A stretch of 64,000 nt of DNA, taken from Octopus vulgaris. Its lineage: Eukaryota. The notes under the pieces are model-generated. The model was given only the letters and a program-made list of their open reading frames with translations, did not search any database and was not told the DNA's origin. The stretch lies in contig OX597836.1 in the NCBI GenBank assembly GCA_951406725.2, positions 50,034,001-50,098,000 on the forward strand, written 5' to 3'. Positions 14,231-26,648 of this stretch are shown here, one piece after another (position 1 is the first letter of the stretch; every line of letters starts with the position of its first letter). The position numbers and the translations under genes are program-made.

Positions 14231-14855
14231 CATACAAACATACATACATATATATAAACACACATATATATAACTACTTTTGTATATATGTGTGTGTGTA
14301 TGTATGTGTATCTATATATACATATATTATATATATATATATATATATACATGCACACACACAAAGCATGGCTATGTGATATCTTGGGCAAGTATCTCCT
14401 ACTTTAGACCCCTGCTGACTTAAGTTGTATCAGTGAGTTTGGTACATGGAAACTGAAAGAAGCCTATTGTGTGTGTATGTGTGAGGTTTGTATACATGTA
14501 TATGTGTGTGTGTGGAGGGGGCGTGCTCTTGCCTTCACACCGCATGGTGGTTGTAAATAAATATTGTTAGTTTCCAGTCTTCCATGGAAAAATAAGTCTG
14601 GCCAAGGGGACATATTAGCTTACTTAGAAATAGGTGAGGGTTGATGACAGGAAGGGCCATAGAAAATCTGCCCCTTTTGTCTGAGCCATGCAGGCATGAA
14701 AACGGGCATTGAAATGATGAGCATGTATCTGTGTGCGTATATATATGAACGAGTGTATATGTATGTATATGAACGAGTGTATATGTATGTATAAGCTAAA
14801 TGATTAACAGATTGAGTTTGACTGAAAATTCTATGCAAGTAGAGGAAGACAGTGT

Positions 14856-14887
<32 letters not shown>

Positions 14888-15636
14888 TGGTGTGGGGTGG
14901 AGGAGGAATGAAATATGTCGAAGCACTCATTACATCCTGTTAGCAATGTAGTGACTTGTATGTAGTCTGATCCCTTGACATGGGCGGGGGGCGGGGGGAA
15001 GCAATTTGGTCCCACGGCAGGCAGCTTCGTACACGAAAACAGATTCATATTTGTCAGACAATGTTTACTTAAGGATAAGTCACACCATTTCAGAATCGGT
15101 TTTAACTAAAAAAAAAAAAAGGTCGGGGGGTGTTTTATATACGGGGCAAAGTGGAAACTATGAGGGGGAATAAAATTGTTCCCAGATTTAACATTAAATT
15201 TGGGGTGTGACTTTTATAGAAGTAAATATAGTGTAAATAAATGTGGAGAAAAAGAGAGATGAATGGATGGATGAATTGTAGGAGAGAAAAATATGATTGT
15301 GGACAAGAGACACCAAATGAAGTGCAGACATTGAGAAATCAAGTGACAATCAAGTAGAAAGACAATCAGATTGTCAGTGAAACAGGTGAAATATGGTTTG
15401 TCTCAGACTGTCAGGTAAAAAGCCAGACAAATTAGAAGACTGATGACGAGATAGAGGGAGAGAGAGAGAAAGAGACAGAGAGAGAGCAAGAGGCCTTCAG
15501 TGTTCACCGTTGCCACGACAACTGCTGCCAACACAGCCATGGTGGCTACCGTTGCCAACAGCATCACCGTCAACACCAACATCAACAAGAACAACAACAA
15601 GACCAACAGCAACAGCAGCATTGCTGCGTAACCCAC

Positions 15637-15849
15637 CACTCGTGGTCTTTGCTCTGTTCCTCCATGATACGTGTTCCACCGTTTCAGCTGCGATGTGCGT
15701 CTCGCCTCTTGGAACTGGTACAACTCTGACTCTCGCCGTGTAATGTCTGCCTGCAGCAGGAGGTTGTTCACTTCCTGCAGAAGCAGCTGCCTCTTCATCT
15801 CCATGATTTCCTTGTTACGCTCCAGATGACTCAAGCGCAGGTTATTCAT
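15637..15849 (-). CDS. 213-nt coiled-coil exon (MNNLRLSHLERNKEIMEMKRQLLLQEVNNLLLQADITRRESELYQFQEARRTSQLKRWNTYHGGTEQRPRV)
   Basis: Acceptor ctttttgttcacag-type site at 15850, then ATG (phase 0); donor GTG|GTGGGT (phase 0), chosen for phase compatibility with the next exon. Confidence 0.85.
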
Positions 15850-16182
15850 CTGTGAACAAAAGAAAGAGGGAAAGAAACTTATTTTCCAACATAAAAACAA
15901 AAGGTTATAAAATATATTTTGCGGAGGAGATTGCAATATTGTTTGTCAATTATAATATCAGAGTTGTCTCCCTTGGTATCTCGTGCTGAAGGGAAGTAAC
16001 CCGTTTGAAATGTATCCACCCGTCCAACAGAGGGCGTTCTGAACTGACTGTTGTAACATCCTTTTGTCTTAAGGGAGAATGTTTTCTCCACATTACACAT
16101 TATGGTGTAAAAACTTTGCAGACACAAATATTGCTCAAACACATTTGATCCAGTATTTAGTTGAAATATATATATATATATA

Positions 16183-16592
16183 GGCGTAGGAGTGGCTGTG
16201 TGGTAAGTAGCTTGCTAACCAGCCACACGGTTCCGGGTTCAGTCCCACTGTGCGGCATCTTCGGCAAGTGTCTTCTGCTATAGCCTCGGGCCAACCAAAG
16301 CCTTGTGAGTGGATTTGGTAGACGGAAACTGAAAGAAGCCTGTCGTATATATGTATATATATATATATGTATGTGTGTGTGTTTGTGTGTCTGTGTTTGT
16401 CCCCCTAGCATTGCTTGACAACCGATGCTGGTGTGTTTACGTCCCCGTCACTTAGCGGTTCGGCAAAAGAGACTGATAGAATAAGTAATGGGCTTACAAA
16501 GAATAAGTCCCGGGGTCAATTTGCTCGACTAAAAAGGCGGTGCTCCAGCATGGCTGCAGTCAAATGACTGAAACAAGTAAAAGAGTAAAAGA
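16183..16592 (+). mobile_element. Near full-length tRNA-derived SINE, family A
   Basis: A-box-like tggctgtgtgg, B-box-like ggttcagtccc, internal microsatellite, tail gaaacaagtaaaagagtaaaaga. Further copies near 7470-7860(+), 7960-8360(-), 13350-13780(-), 16625-17085(-), 23220-23550(-), 39980-40365(+) and many fragments. Confidence 0.85.
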
Positions 16593-16857
16593 TATATTAT
16601 GCATGTGCATGGGCAAGTTATATCTTTTATATTTCACTTGTTTCAGTCATCAGACTGCGGCCATGCTGGGGCACTGCCTTGAAGAAATTTTTAGTCAAAG
16701 GAATTGGCTCTAGGATTTATTTCCTATCTAAGCCTGGTACTAATTCTGTCAGGCTCTTTTGGTTGAACAGCTAAGTTACTGGGATGTAAACACACCAACA
16801 CACATTGTCAAACAGTGGTCAGGGAGAAACACAGATACAAAGACACACACACACACA

Positions 16858-16924
<67 letters not shown>

Positions 16925-17268
16925 GATAAACTTTTTTCAGTTTCTGACTCCCAAATCCACCCACAAGGGTTTAGTCAGCCTAATGCAATAGTAGAAGACA
17001 CTTGCCCAAGGTGCCACCCGGTAGTGGGAGTGAACCAAGAATCATGTGGTTAGGAAGCAAGCTTCTTATCACACAGTGACACCTATGTCAAAAAAAGGCA
17101 TAAATCAAAAAATTAGTACCCAGACCAGACTTGGCACTGAAAATCCAACAAAATGAACAAAGGGAGGCAGAATCGAAGTAAACAAGAATTGGCCACAGGC
17201 AATGAAATAGTCAAAGGTTCAGCTAATGAAAGTGCAATAAAATATCAGATAGACAGTCGTTAATGGCA

Positions 17269-17850
17269 TTATTACCTCCGTCTTAGCGAAGGCGGGGGTA
17301 TTGTTTTCAGTCATGTTTGTTCGTTTGTCTGTGGACAAGATATCTCAAGAACTGCCAAATGAATTCAAATGAAACTTTCAGAGATGTTTGGCCTCATGAC
17401 TGGCACAAACTGATTAGATTTTGGGATCGATCCTGTACCGGACAAGGATTCTGGATTATTTTTTGTTATATTTACTTTACTTTACATGATTACGATCTTA
17501 AGTTAACTTTCAAGTCTTTCTCAATTATCTCCCTTTAGGCTGTAACTATTTGGAATGGTGAATTTGTTGACTTTGGCTTATATTAGATAAGGATAAATTA
17601 TTTATTAGTGTTACTAAATTTCCTACAACCACAACTACCATCGATCAGGTACTGGACAAGGAGTCTGGATTATTTTTCCGTTTTTTTTACTTAATTTTTG
17701 AGATCGGTCAGGTTCGTTTTTAGTGTTCCCATTTGTGAGCAGTTGAGTTTATTTTAGATATTCTCATTTTAAAAATCATCTCTGGCTCATCATTGAAAGG
17801 ACGTTGGTGTTGCCTTGGTGGAGGTTTGCACTCTCTGAGTGCTCATGTTA
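17269..17850 (+). mobile_element. Non-autonomous Helentron-associated (HINE/DINE-like) element
   Basis: Starts ttattacctccg, ends ccttggtggaggt plus short hairpin gcactctctgagtgc (sub-terminal inverted repeats plus 3' hairpin). Internal duplicated block gatcgatc...ggacaaggattctggattatttt. Confidence 0.6.
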
Positions 17851-18046
17851 TTATAACCGAAGAGATGGTGTTGTGGATTTCCACTTCAGCATCTGAAACT
17901 CAGAGTTTTATCTTGACTACTGAGTAATTGTAACATATTATTTTATAGATAAATTTCCTCTATTTACATAATATTGAGGTCTCTTTCTTTCTTTTGTTAT
18001 CTTACCGTTTTTACCAATATATACACACACACACACAGACACACAC

Positions 18047-18083
<37 letters not shown>

Positions 18084-18254
18084 AAAGGATTCTATACAGC
18101 ATTATAGATCAGTTTCAGCCTTTCTTAGTAATTAGTTTCACACTGGATATTAGGTAACCAGGCATTTGAGAGCAACATGGTTAAGTAACACCACAGTATT
18201 GACAAATTTATGAAGGCTTGTTTCTAATGACTTATGGGTTCTTAGATGTCTTTA

Positions 18255-18366
<112 letters not shown>

Positions 18367-18390
18367 CAAAAGATTCCCAGTAACACTTAC

Positions 18391-18467
18391 CTGTATTTGC
18401 AACTGCATTGCGTGGCAGTAAAACTTTTCAAAATTGCTCAAGGCCGAAGACTTCTTAGAAACTTCTT
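18391..18467 (-). CDS. 77-nt exon (EEVSKKSSALSNFEKFYCHAMQLQIQ)
   Basis: Acceptor ttttctgtttgcag|AA (phase 1), donor CAG|GTAAGT (phase 0). Confidence 0.87.
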
Positions 18468-19276
18468 CTGCAAACAGAAAAACACAAACAGTGATATTTG
18501 TGCGATCCAATATTCTTCAGTATTTCTTCTTCCATAAACATCTTTCTTCTACCGAGCAGAATAGAGTTTTCTAATAACCGTTAATGTGAGGCAGTATTTC
18601 CTGATGGCTACTCCCACCCCCTGCCCTGCACCTATTTCATCCCTGTACATTCTGAATACAAAGAAAGGAGTTAATTAAGTAAATGAATTTGTCATTCCAA
18701 AACTAACATTTCAAAAATAACTTCAAACATTCTTTACTGATTTCATTTTCTACCCATTAGAATCGGTGCTGCTTTATTTTATGGACGCAGACGAAGCATC
18801 TGAATCAAGAGGATTCTTGGTAAGAATGTCATACTGACAAGTTCCCAAGTTGCTCAAAACTTTGGCCTCTCCCCAAATTGCAATACAACTTTATTTTCTT
18901 TTTTTCCCTCAACTGGTTCTCCTTTATTCAAAATTATCCTGAAACAAATCAAAGATGGAAAAATCCACTGATAAAATTCAAATTGTAGCTGGACAAAGTC
19001 TTTCAAGAAATGTCAGGAAAACCACTTCTCCAGGTGGTACGATTAAGGGATACACAACCGGGGCCAACAAGAGTTGAAACCTAACAAAGATGTCTGGGAT
19101 TTAGGATTTTAGTTGAATAATTTTTCTGCTATTTACCTAGGCTCATTCTTGGGTTCAGGAAAATTTCAAGAGATTCAGGTTTAGGGTTAAAGGTTCATTC
19201 AGTGAAATGTGAAAAGATCACACATACACACACACTCAATATAAAGGGAAAAAGATAAGTGTATATAAATGTATGT

Positions 19277-19336
<60 letters not shown>

Positions 19337-19777
19337 AAGAGAATGAGAGAGAAGTAAAGAGATAGACAGACAGACAGAAAGTATAAAAGTGTCTGGGTCT
19401 TTCATTATGGCCTCAATCCCTGAAAAAGATCACATACAATTTTTGCCCCCTTCAAAAAATTAATATGTGTGTGTGTGAGAAAAACAGACATAATGGGATG
19501 GCAGAGAGAGAGAAAGAGAGAGAGAGGGAGAGAGAGAGAGAGAAAGAAAGCGAGAGAGAAAAGAGAGAGAGGAAGAGAGAGAGGAAGAGAGAGAGAAAGA
19601 GAAAGAAAGAGAGAGAAAAAAGAGAGAGAGAAAGAGAGAGAAAGAAAGAGAGAGAAAAAGAGAGAGAGAGAGGAAGAGAAAGAAAGAGAGAGAGAGAGTA
19701 AGAGAGAGAGAGTTAGAGAGAGAGAGAGAGAGAGAGAGTAAGAGAGAGAGAGAGAGAGTGTGTGTTTGTAGGAGTAC

Positions 19778-19880
19778 CTTCTTGAGAAGCCTTTGCCAGC
19801 ATAAACTTCATCTGTTCCATCAGTTCCACGAGGCGAGAGCTGATGTTCTCTTCACCCTCCATACTCAGTAACTTACACAT
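19778..19880 (-). CDS. 103-nt exon (MCKLLSMEGEENISSRLVELMEQMKFMLAKASQE)
   Basis: Acceptor tgttctacag|ATG (phase 0), donor GAAG|GTACTC (phase 1); within ORF 19713..19934. Confidence 0.85.
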
Positions 19881-20643
19881 CTGTAGAACAAACACATTAT
19901 ACATTACATACTTATGAATATATAAAATACACATTGCACATCACTCACACGTGTCTATAGAACACATACATTACACATTTTCAGAACACATGCATTAAAT
20001 ATCTGTAAAAAACATATACATTACACTTATCTGGAACACATACATTGCAATCCAACACATTTCTAAAGGTTATACATTCCCCACCCTTTATAATATACAT
20101 GCATTATATGTTTGAACATGCATATTTCATGCCTGCAGAATATGTGCATTATATATTTCACATTTGAATAAGGTATCCTTGTAGAACAAATAAATGCCTT
20201 ATATATATATATAAGTACCTGCAACCCCTTCCCTCTCAGTTATCTCAGAATGGTCTATGTGGGCGGTTTTTCTATGCTCCACATAATTCCTTCAGCCATT
20301 ATAATTCTAACATAGCAGTTTTGTGAAATGAACAGAGGTGTGACAAGTATCTTATCATATATCAGGAAATTATACCCACCTTTTTATGGATTAATCATGG
20401 ATGGATTCATCGTCTGTGAGTATGAAATATCTCCTCATATCTCCGGTAATTGCACCTACATTATGGATGGATTCACCTTTTCTGTGAAGCTAACAAGCTT
20501 TTTTAAAGCTTGTTATAAGACTGTGCATCATTAGAGAACTTTGGAAGTCTGCTTACAATCTAAATCTTGCTTTTTATAGAACTATCTTCGATACTTCATG
20601 AGTGTAGCCTCACCCACTAGGATGCTTGGAGAACTCATATGTG

Positions 20644-20735
20644 TTTTGGCTGATGAGTACAGGACACTTGTATTTGCTGCAATATTTGCAGCTTTTAATA
20701 AAGCTGTTCTTCGTATGAAACAATTGTACTGAAAA
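20644..20735 (+). ncRNA. Type I hammerhead ribozyme fold with extended stem II
   Basis: ttttgg-CTGATGA-gtacaggac[...]gttcttcgtat-GAAA-caattg-TA-ctgaaa: intact core, palindromic CAATTG, inner hairpin gctgcaa/ttgcagc. Confidence 0.7.
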
Positions 20736-21299
20736 ACTAATCCATTCTTGTTGCTTTTTTCTTGTATATATATATATATATACACACACACACATTACAC
20801 AGCTATATAGTACATACATTACATCTTTGTACAATGCACACATTACACAGCTGTAAGTTGCATACATTGCATATGTTTAGGAAATCCTTATCTGCAGATC
20901 ATATCAATTACGTATTCTTAAAATAATGTATTTTCAACTTTTATGAAAAATATACATTGCATAACTGTAGAAAATACATATATACATCATTGTATACATA
21001 AATTCCACATTTTTGTAATACATTCTACGCACCACAGTTGCATGCACATTATACCTATATAAACTATATGTATATATATATATATATATACATGATAAAT
21101 AAATAATATCAGGGTAATAAAAATTATAGAAATTTTTCCTACAAGTGGCCTAGCGTACAAGAAAATTAGTCAATAGATTATATATTATTCATATAAAATA
21201 CCGTGTACATTAAAACACATTAAGAGGCTTCCAACATAGGAATCCATTTTGCTCTCTCTAGCATAACGTGTTTTAAGGCACACTGTATTTTATATATAA

Positions 21300-21416
<117 letters not shown>

Positions 21417-21503
21417 TGTAGGTCCCGGGTTGATTCGGGGTTAACCACAGTAAGTAAGGTACTCAATACATAGCAGAGTAAAATTAATTTATTATATGGA
21501 AGG

Positions 21504-21554
21504 AGCTTCTACAGGACTAGAACTGTTTCATTCAAGAGAAATCTTCAGGAAGCT
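21504..21554 (-). ncRNA. Type I hammerhead ribozyme fold (left arm of inverted repeat, sense to the host gene)
   Basis: Reverse complement agcttc-CTGAAGA-tttctcttgaat-GAAA-cag ttctagtc ctg-TA-gaagct; perfect 6-bp stem I. Confidence 0.7.
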
Positions 21555-21872
21555 AGTTAACAAGAATTGTATTGGCATTTATACATTTGTGTGTGTATAT
21601 ATGTATACATATGTGCATAGGTATAAGTGAGAATCTCCTTATTTACCTAAAACTCTATTCTTTTTTTATATATATTTTTTTATATATATTTTTTTAATTT
21701 TTTTATTTTTTATTTATTCTTTTATTTATTTATTTTATCTAATTTAACACTGACTCCTTGACCACTCCCCCAAGTATGATATTTTGCGCTATGCCTACCC
21801 CCAAAAAGTCCCCCACCACCACCCCTTTAAACCTGCCTAAATGTATAAATGCCAATACAATTCTTGTTAACT

Positions 21873-21923
21873 GGCTTCCTGAAGATTTCTCTTGAATGAA
21901 ACAGTTCTAGTCCTGTAGAAGCT
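21873..21923 (+). ncRNA. Type I hammerhead ribozyme fold (right arm of inverted repeat)
   Basis: ggcttc-CTGAAGA-tttctcttgaat-GAAA-cag ttctagtc ctg-TA-gaagct. Confidence 0.7.
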
Positions 21924-21938
21924 CCTTCTATATAATAA

Positions 21939-22125
<187 letters not shown>

Positions 22126-22448
22126 CGCATTTGTAAAACACACAGAGCGCAACTCACATTTGACATCCTGCCTGTCTGTACAGCAGCCATTGTGCATCTT
22201 CAGATGCATGCATGCACATATACACATTGCTTACAGACAGACTTGGTTTATTATCCCTCTATGAAATACACACATTACATATCTCACTTCACACAAATTT
22301 TTGCACTTCAGTAAAGCATCCATGTAACCAATCCTTCCACACAAACACACGTGTTACCCCCCCACATCAGTAGAACACATTCTATCCACCTCCCACACAC
22401 ACACCCTACATACCTGACATATCTCCATTCCTAACTTAACCAACTCAC

Positions 22449-22609
22449 CGCAGCACTTTCCATAGACAATTGGAGCTTTTCTCCGGAATTTTCCAGTTCC
22501 TGAATTTTACCTTCCAGCTTCTGCAGTGTATTGTAGAGGGCACCACTTTCTTGCTCTCGCAGTTTTCCCATCGGTTTCTTACTTAATAACATTTCTTTCC
22601 TGAATCGAA
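22449..22609 (-). CDS. 161-nt coiled-coil exon (VRFRKEMLLSKKPMGKLREQESGALYNTLQKLEGKIQELENSGEKLQLSMESAA)
   Basis: Acceptor acttttaccag|TT (phase 1), donor GCG|GTGAGT (phase 0); open frame. Confidence 0.87.
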
Positions 22610-23819
22610 CTGGTAAAAGTAATAATAATAGTAATAATGATTAACAACAACAACAGCAGCAGCAGCAACAACAACAACAACAGGATTCACATACTGAGGT
22701 TAAAATTAAATTGCTTAAATTGAACAAAAGGCAGAATTTTCTTTTCTCCTCTAGGCACAAGGCCCAAAATTTTGGGGGAGGGGACCAGACAATTAGATCA
22801 ACCCCAGTACACAGCTGGTACTTAATTTATCGACCCCGAAAGGATGAAAGGCAAAGTCAACCTCGATGGAATTTGAACTCAGAACGTAACTGCAGACAAA
22901 ATACCTATTTCTATTTCTTTACTACCCACAAGGGGCTAAACACAGAGGGGACAAACAAGGACAGACAGATGGATTAAGTCGATTACATCGACCCCAGTGC
23001 GTAACTGGTACTTACTTTATCGACCCCGAAAGGATGAAAGGCAAAGTCAACCTCGGTGGAATTTGAACTCAGAATGTAACGGCAGACGAAATACTGCTAA
23101 GCATTTTGCCCAGCATGCTAATGATTCTGCCAGCTCACCACCTTAATAATAATGATAATAACAAGAACAATAACAACAATAATAATAATTGTTTCTAATT
23201 TGGGCAGAAGAGCAGGAGATCAGTTGATGGTATCAAACGAATTGCCTCCAGAACTCATTGTTTTAAAGTCTAGAACTTCTATCTGTCTCTTTTGCTGAAC
23301 CACTAAGTTACTGGGATGTGAAGGACACCAACACCAGTTGACAAGTGGTGGTGGCAGACAAACACAGGCACACACACACATACACATATGATGGGCTTCT
23401 TTCAACTTCTATCTACCAAATCCGCTCACAATACTTTGGTCAGTGCAAGGCCATATAGTAGAAAACAGTTGCCCAAAGTGGAATATAGTGGGACTGAACC
23501 CGGATCCATGTGGTTGGGAAGCAAACTTCTTGCCCCACAGCCGTGCCTGCTGCACCTTTGACATTGACTAGTTTTATCTTGACTGGCCTCTCGATGATAA
23601 AGGTCAGTACAAGAACTTAGTTATTCCTTCTCCATGGATGTCAACCCAGTCTTTCCCATCCTCGATCTTGGTCTAAAACCTCAACCAAACCAAAACCTCT
23701 CCCTCGATGTAGGTCTTGATGTCACCTCATTTGCCCTACTTTCCTGCTCTTCAACCCCAAACACTTGCCCATTACAGAGATGTTGTGAGGCACCTGGTGG
23801 ATTAGTTCTGGCATGATTA

Positions 23820-24882
23820 AGACCCCATCTGAAGGATGGGGTCAAATCAGGAGACTTAGGGACAGTGATCAACGAGTTCAAAGCTACAATTATACACAGC
23901 AACCATTGAAACCAAGGACTTGTGTGCTGGAGCATTTTCCTAATGAAACAAGACCCCTTTTGTCAGTCTTCCTGGGTGTTTGGTCTTGATTGCCTTCCAA
24001 AACTACCCCCAGCAAATTGACATAGGACTTTCCGTTGATGGTCTGGGTTTTTGAAGATAGTCAATAAACACAATGCCTTTTGCATCCCCGAAATACTGAG
24101 GCCATCACCTTCCCTGCAGATGAAACGACCGTGGCTTTGTTTGGGGCAGGTGAGGAGGGGTGTTTCCACTGCATGGATTGTCTCTGGGTCAAAGTGATGA
24201 AGCCAACACTCATCCTGAATGAAGAAACATTCAAGCAAACCAGCTGGATCTGGCTCAAACAATGTCAGATTTACCAGTGATGTGATCAGCCTGGTGCACT
24301 TTTGGTTTCGTGTCACACAACATGGCACCCACAAAGCAGAAACCTTTGTCATTGTGCAGAATATGCTAGCAGCATTGGCTTTTTGATTTAAAGTCAATCT
24401 CCTGTCATCCATCAGCATGTGGTGAACATGATAAATGTTTTTCTCAACGGTGCCACTTGCAGGACGTCCAAACCTTGGGTCATCCTCAAGACTTACTCTT
24501 CGCCTCCTGAATTCAGCTTCCCAATTTTGCACTGTTGATAAAGCTGGAGAGTCATCCTCCAGTGTAGCCACAACATCAACATGGATATCTTTCGGAGCTA
24601 AACTGAAGCTGTAGTGTCATCCCTTAATGTAGCAATCATATCAACATGTCGTTAGGGGCTTAAGCCCATTCTCTACAGCTACTTGATGCCAAATTTTGTC
24701 CATTTTTAAGAGAAGTTGGTACTAATTAATTTTGAAGTCTTTTTTGAACCGTCAGGTGTCAGTTTACCTGGAAAGAAACAATGCAGATATTAAAAAGAAG
24801 AGCTGAAATGAATGCATGCAAGATTTCTCAGCTCTAGCATCACTCCTTCATTGTCAACCTATGAACTTTTCAGTTCACCCTT
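23820..24882 (-). mobile_element. Decayed mariner element (Himar1/Hsmar2-like transposase pseudogene)
   Basis: SLEDDPRFGRP, MDDRRLT, VSALWVP, IQDECWLHHFDPET, QSMQWKHPSSPAP...SAGKVMASVF and NAPAH motifs across frameshifts. Confidence 0.88.
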
Positions 24883-25127
24883 TCAGTTTCCATCAACCAA
24901 ATCCACTCACAAGGCTGTGGTTGGCCCAGGGTTATACTAAAAGACACAAGGTGCAGTGCATCGAGACTGAACATGAAACCACTTGGTTGGAAAGCAAATT
25001 ATTTTTGGCAACAAGCTTTTTGTGTGACCATTAATTGGATTTGTTACTATATAACCACACACACACACACACAGACACACACAGACAGACAGACAGAGGA
25101 AAACAGAGCCAGTTAGCAACAAAACAG

Positions 25128-25162
<35 letters not shown>

Positions 25163-25577
25163 TCAAAATCCGTTTCCCATGCTGGCATGGGTTGGACGGT
25201 TTGACAGGAGCTGGTAAAGTCCCATTGCCTGTTTTAGCATGGTTTCTATGGCTGGGTGCTCTTCCTCATGCCAACCACTTTATAGAACGTACACGGGGTT
25301 TTTAATGTGGCACCAGCACTGACAGAGTCCCCCCCTCAACTGGGAGGAGAGAGTAGTAGTAGGAGGATGATGCGTTTGTGCCACTTAATGAGGGGTTAGA
25401 GTCAGAAAGGGACAGGGTAGGTGTCTTGCTGCGGAGTAGATGCAGGAATACTCCAGTTGAAAAAGAAAGGAAGGTGGGTCAGAGGGTAAAATAAATATAA
25501 AAATAAAATACAGAAATAAATAAATAAAAAAAATTGTTAAAATTGTGCAATACACAAGAAAGCCACAAAAGACAGAC

Positions 25578-25711
25578 CTATTTCTTTGGAATGTGCATCT
25601 TTGAATTTCTCTAGCTTCCCATGAAGTTTCCTGACCGATTCTTGGACCTGAACATATTCTTGTTTTTTATCTTCCAGATCTTGCAGTAGTCGGTGGTGGG
25701 CATTTTCTAGG
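25578..25711 (-). CDS. 134-nt coiled-coil exon (SLENAHHRLLQDLEDKKQEYVQVQESVRKLHGKLEKFKDAHSKEI)
   Basis: Acceptor ttttatcaacag|C (phase 2), donor ATAG|GTCTGT (phase 1); open frame with heptad pattern. Confidence 0.85.
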
Positions 25712-25969
25712 CTGTTGATAAAATAGTTTGTTATTTTTGATTATTTCAAATATGACAAACACACAATAAATGGAGTAAAAATATGGGGGAGCTTGCATTG
25801 GTGAATGTGGTCATCTGGTGGCGGTGGTGGTGGCGGTGGTGGTGGTGGTGGTGGTGGGGGTAGTGGGGGTAGTGTGTGTGTGTGACAGCACCTGTTCAGG
25901 TGTATTTACTATGGTTGTACAACTGCATAGATAAGTGTATGTGTGTGTGTCTATAGGTATGAATGTATG

Positions 25970-26005
<36 letters not shown>

Positions 26006-26517
26006 ATAAATGTCACTCAATGAGAATGGGTGCTCAACACTGCGTTGGTGAATAAAGATTCTTTATTTGTGTATTAAGGCTACCATAGGTTTCAATATCT
26101 TAGCAATTTTTCAAGCCGATCACATGGAGGAACGGTGTTCGTGTCCACTTAGTGTGTATATATGTATATATACATACACACACACACACTCTCTAGCATA
26201 CACACATTAAATTTTATAATATATGTTGTATGTACATGTCCATAGCTGTGCGTAAGTATGTGTATGCATGGCTGCATGCCACTGGCTGTATGTCTGTAGC
26301 ACCCCCCCACACACACACAGAGGAGAAGGGCAATGAAGGGAAGTAAATGTGAGTAGCATCATTGTCATGACGACCATGATCATCCTCTTCCTCCTCCTCC
26401 TCTTCTAATGTTCATCTTCCAAGGCTGGCATCAGTTGAACAATGTCTTTGCTTACTGGTGTGTGTCTATGTGCAAATGTCAACAGCTGTGATGTGTGTGC
26501 ATGTGTATGCGTGCATG

Positions 26518-26551
<34 letters not shown>

Positions 26552-26648
26552 TTACCATATGAATATTTGTGTGTAAGTATGCCTGTATGTGTATGCATAT
26601 GTGAGTGAGTGTGTGTGTAAGAACAAAAAGAAGGGCCCCCCCCCTCAC

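Noticed and set aside
15403-15636. Apparent transmembrane segment at the end of the 177-aa ORF
   Set aside because: Downstream of the donor at 15636; encoded by intronic (GTT/GCT)-type and (CT)n repeats.
16183-16260. tRNA gene-like A/B boxes (also at 47633)
   Set aside because: Heads of multicopy SINEs; no complete cloverleaf or Pol III terminator.
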